Shown one piece after another: positions 52,614 through 64,000 of a stretch of 64,000 bases of DNA (the stretch's first letter is position 1; each line of letters begins with the position of its first letter). The notes under the pieces were generated by a model. That model did no database searches, was not told the DNA's origin, and was given only the letters and a program-made list of their open reading frames with translations. The DNA lies in assembly GCA_965644295.1 (NCBI GenBank), contig CBFFRP010000150.1:62001-126000 (forward strand), given 5' to 3'. This DNA comes from Paraphysomonas bandaiensis (Eukaryota > Protista > Chrysophyceae). The position numbers were made by a program, and so were the translations under genes.

Positions 52614-55218
52614 TTAATACTTATGTCTACCATACCCAGTCATGGCATTAGAAGACTGATTTGACCCATGCTGCTGTTTCCCGCCCATACTCATTCCAAA
52701 TTGCGCAAGGCGACCAAATCTCGAACCGGAAGCTGCAGGACCGGTGTTATACGCACCTCCTGTCCCAGCAGAGCCAGTATTGGTGGACCCATAGCCCCCT
52801 CCACCCATAAAAGAATTGGTGTAACCTGTGGCAACACTAGCACCTGGCTGGTAGCGCGCCTGTTTCGAGTATCTGTAAATAAATATATTATTAACGCTCG
52901 TATAAGTATGATAGTGACATTCATGGAATGTACTAACTTGCTGCCTCCCATATCACCCCCAGAGTTCAGTCCTGCCCCACCACTTGGACCGGCCCCACTA
53001 CTCGTACTGTATACCCCGTACGCATTACCGCTGGCGTGTGAACCTGACACTGCTATTTGATTAAAATATGTTGTCAAGTACACACCAAATAAAACCGTGT
53101 ATGGTGTGCACTACAACACATGATAAACTTATTTCAATGTTCATACTCACCCTTAGTGTTCGCCGCAGCACCTCCATATCCCTCTCTCGCACTCCCTAAA
53201 GGACCACTAGTCGATCCAGACGGTAGAATGTTGGTTGGATGCCCTTGTCTAGGTTCACCTGCCAGGCGTTGAGACACATAGGTGGAATTGGTGCGAGGCT
53301 GTCCCACAGAATCATGAAGTACGGAAGGCGGAGGAGCCAGGGATAGTTCATTATTGTCCAGTTTTGCTTCTTTCTATATCAAAAACACACAACTAGTTAC
53401 TGGAATCTGGCGCACGTACAGTACATAAACGCCCCTCACAATATGCATACAATAAAATACAAATTACGTACTATTCTCTCCGCCTCCGCCTCCTGAATCC
53501 TTTGTTCGTGCTCGGTGGCCTGAACGGGTCGTCTGGTGAAAGTAGACTGTTGTGACTGCGCTAGACTAGGGGGAGGAGCAATTGCCGCATTCACCTGTTG
53601 TGAGGATTTACATGACAGAAAGAGATGCAACAATAATGATCCATTATCACCTGAAAATATGGATACTGCAGTGCTTGTGATGCCGTTGGCCGTTGTTGAG
53701 GATCATACTTCATTAAATCCTTCAAGACACTTTAGAACGAATATGTGATGGATATATTACACTATTTCTACACAGACTGCAATACTGATACAAATCACTA
53801 CGCCAGTGATGAATATTGAAACAACTAAAATGTATGATACGCTAATACCGCAACAGTTTATAAGACCAATACCTGCATGAGAACTATAGCCTCATGAGAG
53901 GCATTAGGTATGATCTGAGAGAGCGGGGTTGGTACAAACTGTGGAAACCTGAAGTTCATTTGTGCAGCCAATCTGAATTGCAAGAGTAATATAACAAAAC
54001 GGAGAAGAGCTCTTGTGTAATAGGGCTTACCGCATGCCTTCTCCCCACGATCTCATAGTCGGAGATCCCATTATAGAGCATATTTTGTAAATCTCGTCCG
54101 CTTCGGAGGACCCAGGAAACAACGGCCGAAGGGTATATAACTCCGCAATGATGCCCCCACATGCCCATTGATCAATCGGGGAATTATAGTTAGGTGCCCT
54201 CAATAGCACCTCCGGTGCACGATACCATCGAGTAGACACATAGTCTGTATATGGGGGTTTCGATCGGATCTCCCGAGCGAGACCAAAATCTGCAACTTTG
54301 ATGACATCACCTTTGACCTACATATGTAAAAGTAAAACAAATATAACAGTGACATCAAACAATATCAACCATATCAAAACATCACCAGAAGTAATATGAT
54401 ATGATATTACGCTGCACATAATGATGTCAGATATATAACATACGAAACATATGAATGTATACACTGTACACCATACCAACATATTCTCCGGCTTGACATC
54501 GCGATGAAAGAAGCCGTGCTTATGCATAAACGCCAACCCTTGAAATATCTGGTACATGATATTTCGTATCTTGGACTCTGGAAAATGTCTGTCTCTATTT
54601 TTCATTAGTTCATATAAATTACCCTCCATGAACTCAAACACAAAGTACAGCTCATCATTCTCCCGAATAACTTCTTTTAACTTCACAATATTTGGATGAT
54701 TTAACTTTTTCAAACTCTAAACACAAAATCTTAGGTCGCCATATAACATCACAAAATCCTCATACATAATAACTGCACACAATCCCCATACAAACAACAC
54801 TCGTATATTACATCACAAAATACCCATATATATAACATCACTCAATCCCTATAAATTACATCCCACTATCCCTATATACATAACATCCCACAGTCCTCAT
54901 AAATATCATCACACAATTCTCATATATTACAACACTCTATCCCCATACATAACAACACTCTATCCCCATATACTACATCCCTCAATCCCCACACACTCAT
55001 ACATATCAACACTCACCTTCACCTCACGTAACTGCATACATTCTTCCCATGTATAAAACTTCTTTTTCATTTTTTTTACAGCTGTCTGTTTTATTTTTTT
55101 ATATATTATCCGTTATAATCAATCAACATACCACTTCGCCTGTTTGTCTATTCACAGCCTTTAAAACAGATCCATATGTACCATCTCCAAGTTGTTTAGT
55201 GATCTTATAGCGATTCAT
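52614..55218 (-). CDS. MAK: MAK/ICK-family (RCK) CMGC kinase with a Gly/Ser-rich tail
   Basis: [38 protein letters not shown] and [27 protein letters not shown] (TDY motif). Confidence 0.93.
54720..55015. repeat. Degenerate minisatellite (unit about 30 bp) filling MAK intron 2
   Basis: Recurrent CATA..AACATCAC..AATCC(T/C)CATA units. Confidence 0.75.
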
Positions 55219-55699
55219 TTAAAGAACACTATGAAAACAAACATATACAATCAATCTGATCGAGACATACACACACACACATACACATACACACTACTAT
55301 CCTTTCCAGACACTGTCTCTTATATTGATTTCAATGGTATACAATATGAATAAGTATGTTAATTATAGCAATCAACTCACTGTATATTTCTATAGGAATC
55401 TTCTCATAAAAAGAAGTGTAAAATGAAGTCACTTTTTCTCCACTTTCTGTTGTTAGAAAAATGACAAAAACATAAAAAGCATTAATTTATACATTTTTAT
55501 TCGAGTTTTCAAGGAACATATGCTATATATCCCGATATCTTTACGTCACATATAATGTATGTGGTAGAGGCAGGTTTGTATGTACTGCTGTAAGTGTATG
55601 CATATACATTATATGCAGCATATATATATATATACGGAATATGGAGCATTACTATAATCATCCTCTTCCAGCTACATACAGTAATAGAACAACATCGTA

Positions 55700-56365
55700 A
55701 TGCATATCTCTGCATGGTTTAGCTTCTCTCACTGGATCCATATGATTCATATGATATACACGACCTTCATACAATATCTATGTCCCTCGTATGCATATTC
55801 ATGTCCCTTATACAGTCAATCCTTAGATGCATCCCTTATATCACTAGATGGTGCTACAATAAAGATGTTACATAAAGATTTTGTTGATGATATGTCGACT
55901 GATCTTCCCCTTATAGTAAACATAGGGAGCAATCAGTGTGCTTCCTTTATAAGGAGTATTCCGCAGCTACGTCGCATATATTCTACGTATTGTTCTGGAC
56001 CACATCCGATTGCTCGACTGTTGACAATATATGTATCTCATAAAGTGGGATTTATGTCAGGATATGGGGGTGGAATTCAGGATCGTGTGGTGGCTGCGAA
56101 GAAAATGGTTGAAACGCTGAATATTCCCGGTGAAGTAGTCTGCGACTCTATGCAAAATCAAGCTGCACTTCATTATGCAGCGTTCCCATCGCGTCTTGTT
56201 ATAATTCATGACGGGTTCGTAGTGATGAAGAGTGGGGCAGGAGACAGTGTGGATGGGTATAAACTAGATGAAGTTATTGTGTGGCTGGAGCGGAGACGAG
56301 GTGGGGCGACGAACCGGGATGAGGAGGTCGTCCGCAGACTAAACCAGGCTCTGGGAAAGAGTTAA
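55700..56365 (+). CDS. Iodothyronine deiodinase-like thioredoxin-fold protein with Cys at the Sec position
   Basis: PLIVNIGSNQCASF aligns with DIO PLVLNFGSCTUPxF. Also DRVVAAK, VVCDSMQN, YAAFPSRLVII and GYKLDEVIVWLE. Confidence 0.8.
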   Translation: MHISAWFSFSHWIHMIHMIYTTFIQYLCPSYAYSCPLYSQSLDASLISLDGATIKMLHKDFVDDMSTDLPLIVNIGSNQCASFIRSIPQLRRIYSTYCSGPHPIARLLTIYVSHKVGFMSGYGGGIQDRVVAAKKMVETLNIPGEVVCDSMQNQAALHYAAFPSRLVIIHDGFVVMKSGAGDSVDGYKLDEVIVWLERRRGGATNRDEEVVRRLNQALGKS

Positions 56366-57042
56366 TTACTTCTTGTTAATTGTATATCTAAGTTATATAT
56401 GAATCAGAGGAGTGGCTTCATGAGATGGTTATACACTGCACTGACTCCTACTCTACTTACGAGTGAAGGATTAAAGGAGATTTGCAACACGTGTGCGCAG
56501 GAAACCACTCATAATCAAACTGACCACATACTTAAAATATATGACTTTTCACTTAAATCAGGAGTTAGTGTTGATGATGTGCTGCTTAGTAGTGTTTTTT
56601 TTGCGAGTGGGTGTACGAAATGACAAGACAGCTCAATATATTTATGTGTGTATTTTCTACTTTCTACTTTCGCCAATAACATATCAAATATATATCTCAT
56701 ATGGACATGATATTCTAATTCTGTTACTATGTATTTGAAAGGACAGATAGAAGATATTTTTATTCGCATGGAATCAATAGTTTCTTTGGTGTAGTCTTCA
56801 ATTATATAAAATTGTTTTCAAATTGAAAGGTGTACTGTATATCCATTTATGCATTTATATACTTTAGCTTACTGTAAGGAAATAGTAGTGTCCCTGGATT
56901 TTACAATACATTATATTAGTCAATTAAATCCTAATAAAAGTTAACAGATATTCACGTCGTAATCAGTGCAACATACTAGCCATACTTTAACAAAATGACT
57001 TCGTAGGTAGGTTTAATAGATAGCTATAAAGTTCCACGTCAT

Positions 57043-58937
57043 TTATCTTTCATCTGACAGAATCATGTCGGCACATTTCTCTGCAATCATCATGACTGGG
57101 GCCGTAGTATTTCCGGAAACAATATTCGGCATAATACTACAGTCAGCTATACGCAGACCATGTATACCATGCACTCGTAGTGATGAATCAACCACAGCAC
57201 CAGAGTCCGATTGAGGACCCATTTTACACGTACCAGCAGGATGAAAAATAGTTGTTCCAATCGCTATAAAAGTGTAAATATATGTTACTGAAATATTATT
57301 GCGACTTACATTTAGCGGCTGTTATAAGGTCATCTTTACTTGTTTTATTTCCTCCCGGTCTCCTTTCTCTTGGCGAAAATCTTTGAAGCGCTGGCTGTCC
57401 CACGATCTCTCTAGTCAGTTCAATGGATTTCACGGCGACATCGATATCCTTCTCAGTGGAGAGATAATTGGGAGCGATATGTGGGTGCGCCGACACATCT
57501 GCACAACAATGTAAGACAAAAAATATAGTGTTGACATTTATCTATTCCAAACAACTCAATTATATACGTACATCAAGATATAAATAATCACACGCCGTCA
57601 CGTATTACATAATTATTATAAAAACTACCTTTCGATGTGATGTGAACAGACCCTCTTGACGTTGGACGTAAATCACACACACTTGCAGTAAAACCATTAA
57701 AATCGTCTAAATCCATCCCGAATGCTGGTAATGACAAGGGCTGAATGTGATATTGCAGATTCGGTCGGGACTCCTCTTCCGAAGATTTCAGAAATGCACC
57801 CATTTGACTTGGGGCTGCTGCCAATGGTCCCGTGCGAGAGAAAGCATATTCCATACCAATTAAAGCTTTACCGAAGATGTTATTCGCACGTTTGTTCAAT
57901 GTTGGGGTGTTGTCTACCTCGTACGCAAGGCGGAGTTGCAAGTGATCTTGGAGGTTTTCACCTACCCCGACAATTTCTTTTCGCATTGGAACACCCGCCT
58001 TTTCAATAACATCACCCCGACCAATTCCGGACCGTTCAAGTATTTGAACGCTACCTATTGAACCTGCTGTCAAAATTACCTCCTTCGCAGCACGATAGTC
58101 CTGTACTTCAGATCCGTTTGGTCCATGTACGCGTGCGCCATAACACTCTTCGCCGTTATCACTGAGTAGCAATTCGTCAACAACCGCCTCCGAAATAATA
58201 TGGAGATTAGGGCGAGATGACCTAATAGGTTGGATAAAAGCTTGAAAAGTGTTAAGTCGCCACCCAGAATTTTGATTTACGTCAAAGTAATCCACTCCGG
58301 TGCATTCACCAGTGTTAAAGTCGGAAGTAGAGGGGATACCATATTCAATGGCAGCTTCCTTGAAGGCACGAAGAATCTCCCAATTGGAACGAACTTTCTC
58401 AATTCTCCACGGGCCACCCTTGCCATGCAAATCAGACTTTTCCCCATGATAGTCTTCATGCCGTGTCCACAATGAAAGAATATTTTCCCACCTCCAGCTG
58501 GGATCGTTTGTGCTTTCCGCCCAAGAATTATAATCCTCTGCCTGCCCACGCATGTATATCATACCATTGATAAGAGAACAACCACCTAGACCAAGTCCTC
58601 GTGGGTAGAGTAATGACCTTCCTCCTAATCCTTCTTCAGCAGCAGTTCTGAAACACCAATCTGAGCGAGGATTGTTAATAGTGAACAGGTATCCGACAGG
58701 AATATGAAACCAAACATAGTTATCACTTCTTTTTCCAGCTTCAAGCAGCAATACCCTATTATCTGGATTCTCAGACAATCTATTGGCTAACACACAGCCT
58801 GCCGGTCCGCTTCCAATAATGATATAATCGAAATGATTTGTAGCTGCTGTAAAGAAACGTTTAATGATAGGCCCCTTATGCAGCATATACAGCCCCTTTC
58901 TATGACTAGAAGATAACATGTTACTTATCTTATGCAT
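57043..58937 (-). CDS. GMC oxidoreductase (choline dehydrogenase-like) with a probable mitochondrial presequence
   Basis: [60 protein letters not shown] and [13 protein letters not shown]. Two introns. Confidence 0.93.
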
Positions 58938-59431
58938 TTGACAATGAATATCTTATTCTTTGGGCAATTACTTAGATAGTTCTTGCAATAGATAGATAGA
59001 TAGGATAGTTTGCTGCAATCATAGCAATAGTTACATACAGCAATATAGCAGAGTGGAACTCTTCATAGGTTAGATTGGAGAATACCACACCTACAGTAGA
59101 ATACATGCATATCATAGCTAGCTGCTATTATAAGGGATATTATTTCGGTAGTTTTTATAGTTAAAGTAAAAATTCTAACCAAAAGTTAGTTTTTACATCA
59201 CAAATTACTGAATTATAGAGTTGAAATGGATTATATTCTTCATTTTTTAGAGTTTTTATAGATTCTTCTATAAAAAACAAGGATTTTCGAAATCTCTCTC
59301 TAGACTTTATTGTTATGCACTATATACAGCCATAGGCCAGAGGTGTCGTCCAAGCACTCCATGCATACTTTATGTTGACTCTCTTAGTAGTGATCAGCCT
59401 TTAAGGCTTATTTCCTCTCCTTTACATATAC

Positions 59432-61231
59432 ATGGAGTTGAGAATGAAATTACTCCTCTTATTATCCCTTCCTATTATCCAATCACTTTATCAGACAACC
59501 TCTATGCCTAATTTATATTTTATTGGCAGTTCCAAGAGTCAATCATCCTCATTAGCTCATCTTATGGTCCAACATCCTTTAATCAAAAACATTGATAAAA
59601 ACAATGATAAAAATAATCAAAAATCTCATAACTTTCATAGTAAATCATTAAAAATATCTCCAATAAAAAGATATCAATATTCTCATATATATACACAACA
59701 ATCTTATAAGATTCTAATGAATTATATACCATTTCATATGATTACCAGAGATAATATACATAATATATGTAAAGTATCATCTATTAATGGATATAAATGT
59801 AAAGATCAACATTTTTTATTAATGTTACGTAATCCAATGGAGAGAACGATATCAAGTTGGTGGGAAGATGAATGTAATATTCATAAGAAATGTAAAGATT
59901 TTAAATCTATTATTGAAATAGGTATTAATTATGCAGAGAAATTAGAAGGATGTTTCTCATCATATGGTATTCAATTGGATCGTTTCTTTATTAAGGTACG
60001 CAGAGGGAGAGACAGAGACTGGTATCGTGATATACTACAGAAGTGTCCATTAACTCCATCGAATATGATATGGAAACAATTGAATAATAGAGATGTCAAA
60101 TATATTAGAAGTAATCTATATGCACATCAACTTGTTCGTCTCTTTGCAATGGTTCCTCGTAACCAGACTTACATCATGATTGAAGAAAACTTCTTAAAGG
60201 ACCCTGTGAGAGAGATGCAGTATCTCTTTGATTGGCTCAACATTCCAATATACGGCTCGGCAAACGGATTTAAGAGCGCAGAACAGTTATACAATCTTAG
60301 CCAATCGTTATTGAGTAACGTTCGTTCCATTCCAACAGAAGTGAGGGAACAACAAGTGACACCTGTGCTGCCCGTATTGAAGGATTTATATCAGCACCAT
60401 AATGCTCTCTTAGAAATTCTAGTGGATAACCCTTATTACCCTCTGCGCTATTTAACTGACAGTCACTACCACAATGGAGATTGGGGAAGAGTCAATGAAA
60501 TTGTTGGTCAGACGCAATTCCCCCCCCGTTTCCGTACTCCACTATCGTTTACAGAAAACGGTATTTCTGAAGCCTCGTCTGTGCCTACAACATACTACCA
60601 CTTGTATGTCCCCTCGCTCTTCGGTAGGTACGCTGTCAGGAACGTAATGAATGAGCTGCGTACCAAGAGAGAAGTTGGAGGGTTTAAGTCTGTTTCTGGA
60701 AGTTTCGACGACATTATTCCGCCCGGACAGGTACATGTGATAATATGTCTGTCTGAACCGATAGAATTTGTAGTTGTTAGTTATAAACTCTGTTTGGAGA
60801 AGCAGAATTTACATAATCTTACTCTTATGGAGTATCTTCGGTCATTTAGTGGAGATAAAAACACAGTACTACCCATGTGCCCAAGCCCAGTGGGTGCCCA
60901 GACTCGACTTTTACAGGGCCGTGATCCGACCGATTTGTGGTTTGTGGCGGTGTCCGATATGCTGAACTTGGGTATGTGTCTTCTCCACTTTCAGATAATT
61001 GGGCATTTTCCTCCTCAATGTCAGTGTAGCAGCAGCTCTACATCCCCTATAGAAGTTACACATAGTCCCTCAAACATAAGCCATAATTTTTCTGATGAAG
61101 AGCTGAATTTCATTAATAGAATTGTGCAATCTGATCTAACGTTGTACGATTCAGCTAAACTAGAAATGTTGAGGCGTTTGAAAGTGGCACAAGATGTAAC
61201 AGGAGTACGTGTCTTATGTAAAAAATTATAG
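59432..61231 (+). CDS. Secretory-pathway protein with tandem sulfotransferase-like domains
   Basis: Signal peptide, then PNLYFIGSSKSQSSSL...QHP (5'-PSB-like) and MLRNPMERTISSW (3'-PB). A second degenerate domain has CLSEPIEFVVVSY and DLTLYDSAK. Confidence 0.75.
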   Translation: MELRMKLLLLLSLPIIQSLYQTTSMPNLYFIGSSKSQSSSLAHLMVQHPLIKNIDKNNDKNNQKSHNFHSKSLKISPIKRYQYSHIYTQQSYKILMNYIPFHMITRDNIHNICKVSSINGYKCKDQHFLLMLRNPMERTISSWWEDECNIHKKCKDFKSIIEIGINYAEKLEGCFSSYGIQLDRFFIKVRRGRDRDWYRDILQKCPLTPSNMIWKQLNNRDVKYIRSNLYAHQLVRLFAMVPRNQTYIMIEENFLKDPVREMQYLFDWLNIPIYGSANGFKSAEQLYNLSQSLLSNVRSIPTEVREQQVTPVLPVLKDLYQHHNALLEILVDNPYYPLRYLTDSHYHNGDWGRVNEIVGQTQFPPRFRTPLSFTENGISEASSVPTTYYHLYVPSLFGRYAVRNVMNELRTKREVGGFKSVSGSFDDIIPPGQVHVIICLSEPIEFVVVSYKLCLEKQNLHNLTLMEYLRSFSGDKNTVLPMCPSPVGAQTRLLQGRDPTDLWFVAVSDMLNLGMCLLHFQIIGHFPPQCQCSSSSTSPIEVTHSPSNISHNFSDEELNFINRIVQSDLTLYDSAKLEMLRRLKVAQDVTGVRVLCKKL

Positions 61232-61616
61232 CATTAAGTTTTGATCGCATTAATAAATAACCAACATATTAGTTTTTTATTGGTTCTCATATTATACTTG
61301 ATTTGTCAAGTCGATTTTAACATGGTTGCAAATAAATTGAATGCTTTGTTGATTTTCAGACGCAGCCTGCACGCAACAAATATGTAGCGGTTGTGGAAAT
61401 AATAATGTGTCATAGCCTGTGGACTACAATATATCGTTCTGTTGTAGTAGATACCAATGTGAGATAAAAAGGAAAGAGTACGATTTCTTAATTGACAAAC
61501 TATCGCCATCATCTGTTGCTTTCTATAGCAATAATAATAATTCTACAGCCTGACATTATAATCCGTCGTTGCAGGTTGTGTTTTTATATTATATATACTC
61601 CAGGGATAGTAGGAAT

Positions 61617-62072
61617 CCCTCAACAAAGTATTCCTCATTCGTTCCAGGATGTCTGTTTATATTCAAAGAATAGAGTACCTTGTTCCACACAAGCATTTGG
61701 CTATAAGTGGACAGAACAATATCTACTGACTATATATATGCGGTTCACGTTAGTTTCCAGGAGAAATATCTTCGGTACTTATACCCCAGAACACCACGAA
61801 AAGGCACGTGTGAATCCACCTCAAGGGCATCCGGGGTATTAGACTGCCTACTAGTGAAGTCAAGCATCCTGGCTATAGCAGTTTATCTTAAGGACAGAGT
61901 GCGAAAGTGTCTGCACCTTGTTGATGCTTGCGGTGACGCTCAATCAGCTTTCGTAGTGCTAAATAGTAGTATATCAGAGTTAAGCACTAGTTAGTTAAAT
62001 TGTGTGCTACATTAGTTATGACTCTTAGACGCCTATTATTATTGCTAATAATCATATATTATTCACTACTAC
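61617..62072 (+). mobile_element. Family A copy 7 with an internal inversion (about 61641-61815)
   Basis: The CCCTCAACAAAG start and ATTCACTACTAC end are on +, while the middle is reversed. Flanks AGGGATAGTAGGAAT / AGGGATGTAGAAA resemble a decayed TSD. Confidence 0.85.
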
Positions 62073-63023
62073 AGAGGGATGTAGAAAACAATATGTTGCA
62101 ATATTATTGCAAGGCAGTTTCCCAACAATACTATTGCAAGTGATTAGTGTCAATTTTAACGGCAGTAATACATTAGTGTGTATTCTATTCTAGTCATATA
62201 AAGGTTATAGGATAACGAAATTCACTACGCTGCCAAGAGCAGAGATTAAATATACTGCATATTGCTTTGCTGGGCTGTGTAACAGTTAATTGGCTATTAA
62301 TTTGACACAGGTTGTAGTAAATTATAATTGCCAATATTTTCCCAATTAGTGGCAACTAATTAATACTAAACTATACTCTAGTAGCTAGACATTAGCTGCC
62401 AAAATAGCTTGATCAACTGTCATTACATTCCAGTAGTGGCAATTCATACATACAAACATTAGTAGCTTTAAATGCCGAGGAGTCGTACCTTGTGCAAAGT
62501 AGTCATATCATTCTTAGCTCTACACGAAAAACGAAAATAGTATTGTTGCCGCTAATCGGCAATTAATTGAAGCAGGTTGTAGTCAATAATTTACTGTCTC
62601 GATTTCAACTATAATTATTACTATTTCCCTTCTTAGCCATCATCGGTGACGTCGTCATCAACACATTCATTCATAATTACTTGAAAGATACCAAGTGTCG
62701 TAGGATGTATACTTTTTGCGCCACACTGATAACATTCCTACTCCCCATTTCATTATATAACATTCCTGTCAACTACCAATTATTGTGCTCATGAGTGACT
62801 AATAGTATCTCGACTGTATAGAACTACTATATATCCATCGCATGACATACGATTTCAATTATTAATACTACAATCTACAATAGCAAACAAGTATAACACT
62901 GTGGTAAATATCGTCGACATATTATTCTATTCGTATACAACTACGACCAAATCAAGCGTCATGAACATATCGCACAGCAGTAAATATTTTATAGCTCAGT
63001 TATGATTTTCGATTGCTAGGTTC

Positions 63024-64000
63024 TTATAGCTCAGCTGCCGGCCCCCCCATGTCATCCTCGTTGTCCATATCCCGCTGCAAAAACTCGTCCGATGGCAGAG
63101 CAGTACGCATATCCCTCCATAGATCACTCAAAGAATCCTCAAATTCTACTACTGTGACAGGTTTGTTCGCATCATCGATCAAATGATTAACACTTCGTTT
63201 GGCTTTGGCGTAGTGAGTCTTATTCTACAATGCAACGTAAGGTTAAAGGTATCTACCTGAAAACGTCGATATATACTACCTGGGTCCACGAGTACGACCC
63301 GTTGGGGGTCCTGGGAGTGGCCTCCCATGGCTTGAGAGATATATTAAGCTTATTTTGCAATATATCAACTTGTTTGTTTTGACTAGCCGTCAGTTGCTGT
63401 ACGGCCCTATTGTATAGTCTTTCATGCACCGGCCCTTCAGACCCACCCCCTTTATATGCCTTCGCCCGGCTGCTGATTTCCGGAACATGGGAAGTTTGTC
63501 CAGTTTTCCCAGTTGCTTCGGTCTCTGCATCGGCATGTTTCTTGCGCATAGAAACAGTTTGTCTGGAGACAGGATCCACTTCAATGACACTACGTTGCAT
63601 CATCTTCTCCTGCAGTTTTTTTGACCTGGCATTGAGCTGAGGGTGGAAAGTCAGCTCTCTCGACTCAATTTCATCAACTATCTGCTTCCGTTGGTCGTTA
63701 CGACGTAGCTTCTCCTAAAATACGTGCACAGAGTTATTCATCAAATATGATATGTAGTCCATAATGGTTCACCTTATGATAGTTAAAGAAGTCGTCTGGA
63801 GTGGATTTCGTTTTACCCATCCGCTGCAGGTATTTCTCGGATGTTTTCGCGCCTTCCCGCTTCGGGGTAAATGTGCAGTTTTCCATTTCTCTCTGCAGTT
63901 ACATGACGAACGGTTCGTAAAAAAATGCCATGTACCTCTTTGACCTCCTCCCGACGTTTCGCCATCGCAGCAGCGCGCTTCGATGCCATCCCGGGTAGCC
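63024..64000 (-). CDS. 3' part of a multi-exon charged protein with CTFTP / VHERLY motifs, function unknown
   Basis: Spliced frames read MENCTFTP, STPDDFFNY, FHPQLN and GPVHERLY, with the stop at 63024. The gene starts beyond the window. Confidence 0.65.

Noticed and set aside
62100-62620. Degenerate direct repeats (AATTAATT...CAGGTTGTAGT) and similar small duplications near 10240-10320 and 20220-20310
   Set aside because: Too decayed to define boundaries or a class.

Overview
Eukaryotic nuclear DNA, most likely a stramenopile (inferred from short GT-AG introns, the RRGKW...CDPMRISKKF Myb-like family and an EF-hand NCKX). About 19 genes are supportable: DUF1214 (partial), BAG-like+LRR, a weak small gene, INTS6 with a C-terminal WW domain, soluble adenylyl cyclase, TMEM104-like transporter, homoserine kinase, PX-AGC kinase, an orphan with a possible AP2-like motif, a Myb-like factor, PCNA, a giant 28-aa-repeat coiled coil, EF-hand NCKX, an 8-repeat annexin with WW, MAK/ICK kinase, a Cys-type deiodinase homologue, a GMC oxidoreductase, a double sulfotransferase and a partial unknown gene. 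Most genes sit in head-to-head pairs with AT-rich 5' ends. The most striking non-genic signal is a roughly 0.4-0.6 kb non-coding retroelement family present in 7 copies. It has a fixed 5' end (CCCTCAACAAAG), a CATTCACTACTAC tail, a 13-bp target-site duplication in the best copy and no tRNA head. Its 5' 90 nt can fold into an atypical HDV-ribozyme-like pseudoknot, and a 3' GNRA module covaries and is shared with a second TSD-flanked insertion. Exon boundaries were read by eye, and no database searches were run.
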